DNA of 36,031 nucleotides from an uncultured Gammaproteobacteria bacterium (GTDB lineage: Bacteria; Patescibacteriota; Microgenomatia; UBA10105; UBA927): positions 4,790-40,820 of the forward strand of contig CAZOTW010000003.1 in the NCBI GenBank assembly GCA_964582845.1. Reading direction: 5' to 3'. Shown here piece after piece: positions 10,448 to 15,125 of this stretch; the first letter of the stretch is position 1, and every line of letters starts with the position of its first letter. The notes under the pieces were generated by a model that ran no database searches, had not been told where the DNA came from, and saw nothing but the letters and a program-made list of their open reading frames with translations. The translations under genes were made by a program, and so were the position numbers.

Positions 10448-10515
10448 AGTAAATAGTTCAATTATTCGAATAATTGAACTGTCTGTTTTCCGTGCACCTC
10501 GGAGGTGAGTAAAAC
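10448..10515 (+). repeat. island repeat R1 (26-bp perfect palindrome + GC hairpin)
   Basis: AGTAAAT-AGTTCAATTATTC|GAATAATTGAACT (10455-10480), then a T-rich spacer, then CCGTGCACCTCgGAGGTGaGTAAAAC. Confidence 0.9.
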
Positions 10516-10552
10516 GTGGACCGCCTCGCTTCGCGAACAAAAAGACACATAA
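10514..10552 (+). pseudogene. relic 3' end of a flavodoxin-like gene (copy 1)
   Basis: ACGTGGaCcGCCtCgCTTCGC--GAACAAAAaG aligns with flavodoxin 8922-8955. In frame it reads ..KTWTASLREQKDT*. No upstream ORF. Confidence 0.5.
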
Positions 10553-10690
10553 GAACAGGTGCGAACCTAATCCACCCGGAGGGTGGCAGACATTGGTCTT
10601 GCGCTGGCTCTGGACTACGGGTTCTTATCCCTTTACCTCGTAAGCAGAAAAAAATAGATCGGTCGTGCAAAACGAAAAGTTGATTTATGA

Positions 10691-10699
10691 TGATATAAT
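10691..10699 (+). promoter_or_regulatory. extended -10 promoter element TGATATAAT (cassette 1)
   Basis: Perfect TGnTATAAT. The same 9-mer recurs at 12605-12613 in front of cassette 2. Confidence 0.5.
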
Positions 10700-10713
10700 A
10701 TTCGCGATTAGTT

Positions 10714-11229
10714 GTGCTATCTGAATTTTATTCTTCTATGACTTCGCTACCTGATTATAAGGATAGTTTTGCAGAGGCGTACTTATTTGCTATTTCTGCT
10801 GCAGCAGGGCTACCGATTGAGAGATCGACTCGTAGAACAGATAACCTTGGAATTGATCTAACTTTGAGTAAAAAGAACGATTCGGTATCCCCAGGGTCTC
10901 AAATTAACATACAATTAAAAGGAGTTGCAGAAAATAGCGCCTCAATGTTTAAAGAGGATGAAAGATCGATAAGTTATAATTTCCATAATCCTTGTAATCC
11001 AATAGGGGCACATTATCTAGTTGTAGTGCGATTGCCGAACGATGGAACACCTGAAGATTGGTTAACCTTGACTGAAAAAGAGTTGATAATAAGAAAGTGT
11101 GCATTCTATACAAAAATTGTGCCAAAGATGAAATCAGGTTTTGTTAAAATACCAAAAACTCAGCTATTGACTCATAATAATCTCCCGACACTGTTTCCTA
11201 GTGCTATAGACTTGGTAAATAATTTGTAA
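10714..11229 (+). CDS. DUF4365-like PD-(D/E)xK (restriction-endonuclease fold) protein
   Basis: E21 (SFAEAYLF), D43/D48 (RTDNLGIDLTL) and Q67-L-K69 (INIQLKG) occur in the order and spacing of the PD-(D/E)xK core. GTG start at 10714, alternative ATG at 10738. AT-rich. Confidence 0.6.
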   Translation: MLSEFYSSMTSLPDYKDSFAEAYLFAISAAAGLPIERSTRRTDNLGIDLTLSKKNDSVSPGSQINIQLKGVAENSASMFKEDERSISYNFHNPCNPIGAHYLVVVRLPNDGTPEDWLTLTEKELIIRKCAFYTKIVPKMKSGFVKIPKTQLLTHNNLPTLFPSAIDLVNNL

Positions 11230-11232
11230 AAT

Positions 11233-12390
11233 ATGAATATAATTTCAATAAGTAGTTTTCAAGATGTATTCCAGAGAATAGGTTTGATTAAAAGCAAATC
11301 TAAATCAGGTAACTATGAAATTTGGAAATCAAGGGAACGCGACGATCTTTTTACAGTACTACCTTTAGCAAAAAGTAGTCATGACTATGAGTACTATCAG
11401 GAAAAAAACGTTGAGTTTATTAATTATTTACTGGGGTTAGTGTACAACGAAGAAAACAAAGAGGAGATATTGAGTCAATTGAATGGATACAATTATAAAC
11501 TAATAAATAGAATACAAACAAAAGAACCATATTCACAAGAAACAGTCCCTTATAGGTTAGCAGATGTACTAATTAACAAAAATGTTAACGCGTTTCTATA
11601 TTTCTTTAATCAGAAAACAAAAGGAAAGATTCCTCTGGGTATCAAAAATATAAGATTGAACCACACGCAGCATGGTAGCTTTGTTATACCAGTGTCGATA
11701 GAATTAGTTGGTCAAGAAACTTTTCCGACAATCCCTTCGCAAATAAATAAAACCCTAAGAGACTATTTGGATGTTGTAGATCTTATTTCTGGTTTAGATA
11801 TGTCCAACGAAGAAAAATTTGCGTCTTCAGTTTTGGAGAACGACTTGGATTCGACATTAGTAAGGAATTTTATTGATAGTACTTCGAGTGTAGCTTTTTA
11901 TAAAAAAGAATATAGCGATTTTATTCAAAACGTTTCAATATCAGGAAGAAGTAACCCAATACTTGATTATCAACTTGAGAGAAAATATAAGAATTTTCCA
12001 GAAGTGAGTTTGGCCCAATTACAACCAGCTTCGGTGGAGTTTTTTGAATATCTTGAACGAAAAGAAACAGAGCGGGATGAGCAAGCAATATATGCAGTTA
12101 ATACAACAATCGAAGTTATTGTTGACGCTTTAGATAGGGGTGGCAAAGTAAAATTTAGTGTAGTGGCGGTAGGCGCACAAAGGATTGATAAGCCTTTTAA
12201 GGCGTCTATAGATGAACAGCCGCAAGTAAGGCTAAATGAGTTTGCAAGTGCTTTTATTACTGGTGAAGTGCTTGAGCTTAATGGAGATATTCGAAAGCCA
12301 AAACATAAGTTGGGGAAAATATTGGTTCATGAACTTAAACGCAAGAATCCTAAATTGACGCTTCTTGATGATATTACAGAAAAAAAGTAG
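11233..12390 (+). CDS. hypothetical protein, orphan partner of the nuclease-like gene
   Basis: 385-aa ORF starting 3 nt after the upstream stop. No P-loop, methyltransferase, helicase or HTH motif recognised. Confidence 0.6.
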   Translation: MNIISISSFQDVFQRIGLIKSKSKSGNYEIWKSRERDDLFTVLPLAKSSHDYEYYQEKNVEFINYLLGLVYNEENKEEILSQLNGYNYKLINRIQTKEPYSQETVPYRLADVLINKNVNAFLYFFNQKTKGKIPLGIKNIRLNHTQHGSFVIPVSIELVGQETFPTIPSQINKTLRDYLDVVDLISGLDMSNEEKFASSVLENDLDSTLVRNFIDSTSSVAFYKKEYSDFIQNVSISGRSNPILDYQLERKYKNFPEVSLAQLQPASVEFFEYLERKETERDEQAIYAVNTTIEVIVDALDRGGKVKFSVVAVGAQRIDKPFKASIDEQPQVRLNEFASAFITGEVLELNGDIRKPKHKLGKILVHELKRKNPKLTLLDDITEKK

Positions 12391-12481
12391 TGTTTGTTAG
12401 ATTGCTAAACAATCTCGTTATTTTCTCCACATTTCTCTTCAACGCCTCTTTCGTTTTGAGAAACCCGAGGGAGTGAAAAGC

Positions 12482-12553
12482 AGTAAATAGTTCGATTATT
12501 CGAATAATCGAACTATTTGGAATTTTTTCCGTGCACCTCGGAGGTGCGTAAAC
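12482..12553 (+). repeat. island repeat R2 (34-bp perfect palindrome + GC hairpin)
   Basis: AAATAGTTCGATTATTC|GAATAATCGAACTATTT (12485-12518), then GGAATTTTTTCC, then GTGCACCTCgGAGGTGCGTAAAC. Flanked by identical 13-mers AAACCCGAGGGAG at 12461-12473 and 12554-12566. Confidence 0.9.
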
Positions 12554-12604
12554 AAACCCGAGGGAGCGCGGGATTTCTTTTTGGAGCGTGCTACAGCCTT
12601 CCTG

Positions 12605-12613
12605 TGATATAAT
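12605..12613 (+). promoter_or_regulatory. extended -10 promoter element TGATATAAT (cassette 2, leaderless geometry)
   Basis: Perfect TGnTATAAT ending 7 nt before the ATG at 12621. Confidence 0.5.
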
Positions 12614-12620
12614 TAAGTTA

Positions 12621-13124
12621 ATGCCAGAAATAAACCAAGTTAACGACGAAAATACTCAACCATCTTCCTTACCTGAGGCTTTTATTCCCGAGGTTGATTT
12701 AGTAGGAGTATCAGTTGACCCCAAGAAAGCCGCAGAATTTGTAGAAACACCTGGTATCAAACAAGCGCTCGCACAAGCTGGAACATTTCTTGGAGGTGCA
12801 GGAGTGACAATGGCTGGATTATCTGACTTTATCAACGTTACTATGAACCAACCCACAGGTCCTGAACGAACTACTGCAATGATAACAACTTTTTTAATAA
12901 TGAATATAGGTATAGTTATGCTTTGTTCATCGAAAAATGTAACTGAAATGTTTCAACATGGTTTACTGCGAATCCAATCTATTGCTTCAAGAGATAAAGA
13001 TATTGTTACAGGAGAAGGCGAACTTACTGCAAAGGGGCGACTGGCTCTTTCCCCTGATAAAGAGCCGGAATTATCTTTAGAGCAGTTATTAGCACGATCA
13101 AACGGGAATCAACAACAAAAATGA
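12621..13124 (+). CDS. hypothetical 2-TM membrane protein
   Basis: I chose the ATG at 12621 because it has -10 geometry; the track start at 12588 is a GTG. Hydrophobic segments AGTFLGGAGVTMAGLSDFI and AMITTFLIMNIGIVMLCSS, with a polar Gln-rich C-terminus. Confidence 0.55.
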   Translation: MPEINQVNDENTQPSSLPEAFIPEVDLVGVSVDPKKAAEFVETPGIKQALAQAGTFLGGAGVTMAGLSDFINVTMNQPTGPERTTAMITTFLIMNIGIVMLCSSKNVTEMFQHGLLRIQSIASRDKDIVTGEGELTAKGRLALSPDKEPELSLEQLLARSNGNQQQK

Positions 13125-13483
13125 CCGTAGAAGAACAATATATTATTTTAGAGAATATTCTTTATGAGTTAGGGTATGATGATGAAAAAATACTTGCGTT
13201 TCGACGGACTTTTTTTGAACGTCTCATTTTAAGATTAGGAAAAACCACGTTAATGATATTTCCTGTTACTCAGCAAGCTGCTTTTTTTGATTTATTAAAA
13301 AAAAGCGAAACAATTCCAGAAGATATTAATGCTTTCTTTAAAAGAAATAATATTTCTCAAACAACAGTTTCTTTATTAGACAAAGAATTTACCATGCTAC
13401 TTGAAGAAACAAAACAAAATATCTTAAAAGTTGTTACAGAATCTCAAAAGAAAATCATTGAAGAGAAATTTAATTCAGCTTAA
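13121..13483 (+). CDS. hypothetical small helical protein
   Basis: 120 aa. Start overlaps the upstream stop (ATGA), implying translational coupling. No family recognised. Confidence 0.55.
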   Translation: MTVEEQYIILENILYELGYDDEKILAFRRTFFERLILRLGKTTLMIFPVTQQAAFFDLLKKSETIPEDINAFFKRNNISQTTVSLLDKEFTMLLEETKQNILKVVTESQKKIIEEKFNSA

Positions 13484-13567
13484 GATTTTTTTATTACATC
13501 ACTACTGACTAAGGCAAACTCAAAGTTTGAGTCCTATCGGGGTTAAAGTAGTTATAAGAATATATAC

Positions 13568-13631
13568 AGTTTAATTATTCGAATAATTGAACTATTAGGA
13601 ATTTTCCGTGCACCTCGGAGGTGCGTAAAAC
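13568..13631 (+). repeat. island repeat R3 (palindrome with one mismatch + GC hairpin)
   Basis: AGTTtAATTATTC|GAATAATTGAACT (13568-13593), then ATTAGGAATTTTCC, then GTGCACCTCgGAGGTGCGTAAAAC. Confidence 0.9.
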
Positions 13632-13671
13632 TTGGGCTACCGCTCTTCGTACGAAGAAAAGGGAAGAATGA
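13632..13671 (+). pseudogene. relic 3' end of a flavodoxin-like gene (copy 2)
   Basis: TGGGCTaCCGCTCTTCGtACGAAgAAAAGGG matches flavodoxin 8925-8955 at 28 of 31 positions. In frame it reads ..KTWATALRTKKREE*, versus TWAAALRTNKRV* in the intact gene. Confidence 0.6.
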
Positions 13672-13675
13672 GGAT

Positions 13676-13710
13676 AGTATATACGTAGTATATATCAAGT
13701 ATATACTACG
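13676..13710. repeat. three phased AGTATATA 8-mers (11-bp period) overlapping an 11-bp inverted repeat
   Basis: 8-mers at 13676, 13687 and 13698. Inverted repeat CGTAGTATATA-tcaag-TATATACTACG at 13684-13710 covers a TATACT box (13702-13707) 14 nt before the ATG at 13722. Confidence 0.85.
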
Positions 13711-13721
13711 CAGTTTTCGAC

Positions 13722-14024
13722 ATGATGCAGAAAAAGGTTACATGGTACACTATAAATGTGAAATTCTTGCGCCCTCGATTGGTTAACATCTTGCCTACTC
13801 TCATTCTTTTGTTTCTCCTCATCCTCTGGGAACACGCGGCGTTGCCGACCGGCGGGTATGTATTGGTGCGCTATGTGCCGGTTTTTGTATTCGTCGACTA
13901 CGTAAAGCTTCAGTATTACGGTGGCGCGTTACTTTTTATCGGGTTTTTCCTGATTGTATATGTGGTGGTTTCGTTGGGCGTTGCCATACTTTCGAGCATT
14001 CTTCGGCACATAAAAACTCCATAA
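13722..14024 (+). CDS. hypothetical membrane protein
   Basis: 100 aa with 2-3 strongly hydrophobic helices (ILPTLILLFLLILW, GGALLFIGFFLIVYVVVSLGVAIL). Confidence 0.5.
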   Translation: MMQKKVTWYTINVKFLRPRLVNILPTLILLFLLILWEHAALPTGGYVLVRYVPVFVFVDYVKLQYYGGALLFIGFFLIVYVVVSLGVAILSSILRHIKTP

Positions 14025-14086
14025 TCGATGTAGAACTTTTTTCGCACGGGGATAACATGGTGCACCTTTGCTATACTTGAGGCAGG

Positions 14087-15070
14087 ATGAGTAACGATCT
14101 TGCTATACTTCTTGCCCGAACATATCTTCAAATCCCCTTTGATCAGTTTCTCAAAGAAGTGAAAACTCAATATCCGCGACTTGGGGAGATAACGCAGTTT
14201 CAACCGATCACGGAAGGATACGAAGATGCCAATATATTGCTCGTCACAGAGACAGGAACGTACGTCATTAAAATATTCTCGAAAGACAGGAGTGTAGAAA
14301 ATGTTAGAAGTTACATCCACATCCTTGAGGAAGCGCAAAAAATTGGCGTACCGGTAACCCGGCTTGTTCCCGGGACAAAAGGTAGCATAAGTTTCGCGGC
14401 GGAAAATACCAAGACCCCGTATTGCATTGCGGAGTTTTTTGACGGGAATGATTTTCAGGAAAAATCTCCGACGATGGATGATATGGTTCGCGTCGCTTCC
14501 TATCTTGCGAAACTGAATACGCTTCGTTTTCCGATGACGGAATATTATGACTCATGGGGAAATAAAAATCTTGCAGTTGAGTACGAAAAAAATAAGGAGA
14601 GTCTCACACGCGAGCAGGCAGAATTGATTGCGCCGGTTGTTGAGAGCTTCAAGAAGCTGGATTTTTCCAAATTCAGCACATCAATTATTCATGGTGACAT
14701 GCAGCGAAAACACGTGCTGAAAAACGCTAAAGGCGAATACTGCATTTTGGATTTCGGGTGTGCCGCGAACGGTCCGAAGGTCATCGAATTATCGACGCAT
14801 CTTGCGTGGTTTTGTTTAGGGGAAGATACGTGGAGTGCGCGGAAAGATATTATGAATAAGGTAGTTGAGGAGTATACATCGGTGCATCACCTGACGAAAT
14901 ACGAACTTGATGCGCTACCCATACTCATGCGTGCTTGCTATGCAGCATATTATCTGAAAACCTGTGTATTGATTGGTGACGGAAACACGAGTCAGGAAAC
15001 GGCCCAATGGAATAAAACGTCTCTTCAAATGCTTCGTTTAGCCGCGCTTGCGGGAAGAGGGGAATTCTAG
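14087..15070 (+). CDS. APH/choline-kinase/homoserine-kinase-II family phosphotransferase
   Basis: IIHGDMQRKHVL catalytic loop followed by ILDFGCA (DFG-type metal-binding motif). The usual Asn at D+5 is His here. Confidence 0.8.
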   Translation: MSNDLAILLARTYLQIPFDQFLKEVKTQYPRLGEITQFQPITEGYEDANILLVTETGTYVIKIFSKDRSVENVRSYIHILEEAQKIGVPVTRLVPGTKGSISFAAENTKTPYCIAEFFDGNDFQEKSPTMDDMVRVASYLAKLNTLRFPMTEYYDSWGNKNLAVEYEKNKESLTREQAELIAPVVESFKKLDFSKFSTSIIHGDMQRKHVLKNAKGEYCILDFGCAANGPKVIELSTHLAWFCLGEDTWSARKDIMNKVVEEYTSVHHLTKYELDALPILMRACYAAYYLKTCVLIGDGNTSQETAQWNKTSLQMLRLAALAGRGEF

Positions 15071-15076
15071 TACAAT
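15048..15076 (+). promoter_or_regulatory. candidate promoter (TTGCGG-N17-TACAAT)
   Basis: Hexamers at 15048-15053 and 15071-15076, spanning the kinase stop codon. Confidence 0.35.
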
Positions 15077-15099
15077 ATGAGCGTTGAAACACGGCTAAT

Positions 15100-15125
15100 G
15101 CGCCCGGAGTGGCGCTTTTTATTTT
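15100..15125 (+). terminator. intrinsic-terminator-like hairpin abutting the fusA ATG
   Basis: GCGCC-cggagt-GGCGC followed by TTTTTATTTT. The fusA ATG begins at the very next base. Confidence 0.55.

Noticed and set aside
10455-10480. The R palindrome as a simple dimeric-repressor operator
   Set aside because: This is not excluded. However, the paired A>G / T>C change in R2 keeps the arms complementary, which a single protein half-site model does not require. I prefer a hairpin or cruciform explanation and leave the operator as an alternative.
10549-10628. tRNA or tRNA-like gene, since the terminal 8-bp helix resembles an acceptor stem
   Set aside because: The internal helices do not give D, anticodon and T arms. 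There is no GTTCRANYC T-loop or conserved D-loop on either strand.
10458-10670. 70-aa minus-strand ORF
   Set aside because: It runs through R1, the flavodoxin relic and the hairpin-rich segment. It has an implausible Arg/Cys/Pro-rich composition and no start context.
11653-11673. HEPN-like R-x5-H motif (RLNHTQH) in ORF B
   Set aside because: It is a short motif in what looks like a beta-strand context (..FVIPVSIEL) with no surrounding helical signature. It is likely chance.
10448-13631. R1-R3 as a CRISPR array
   Set aside because: There are only three copies, spaced about 2.0 and 1.1 kb apart, with protein-coding cassettes between them. No 25-40 bp spacers and no cas genes are present.
10448-13631. 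R1-R3 as canonical integron attC sites
   Set aside because: I could not find R''/R' core boxes (RYYYAAC / GTTRRRY) at the repeat ends. No intI or attI is in the window, and both cassettes carry their own -10 elements. Only the overall architecture is integron-like.
13916-14338. 140-aa minus-strand ORF spanning the end of ORF 13722-14024 and the start of the kinase gene
   Set aside because: It overlaps two plus-strand genes with better features (TM helices and kinase motifs) and shows no recognisable motif.
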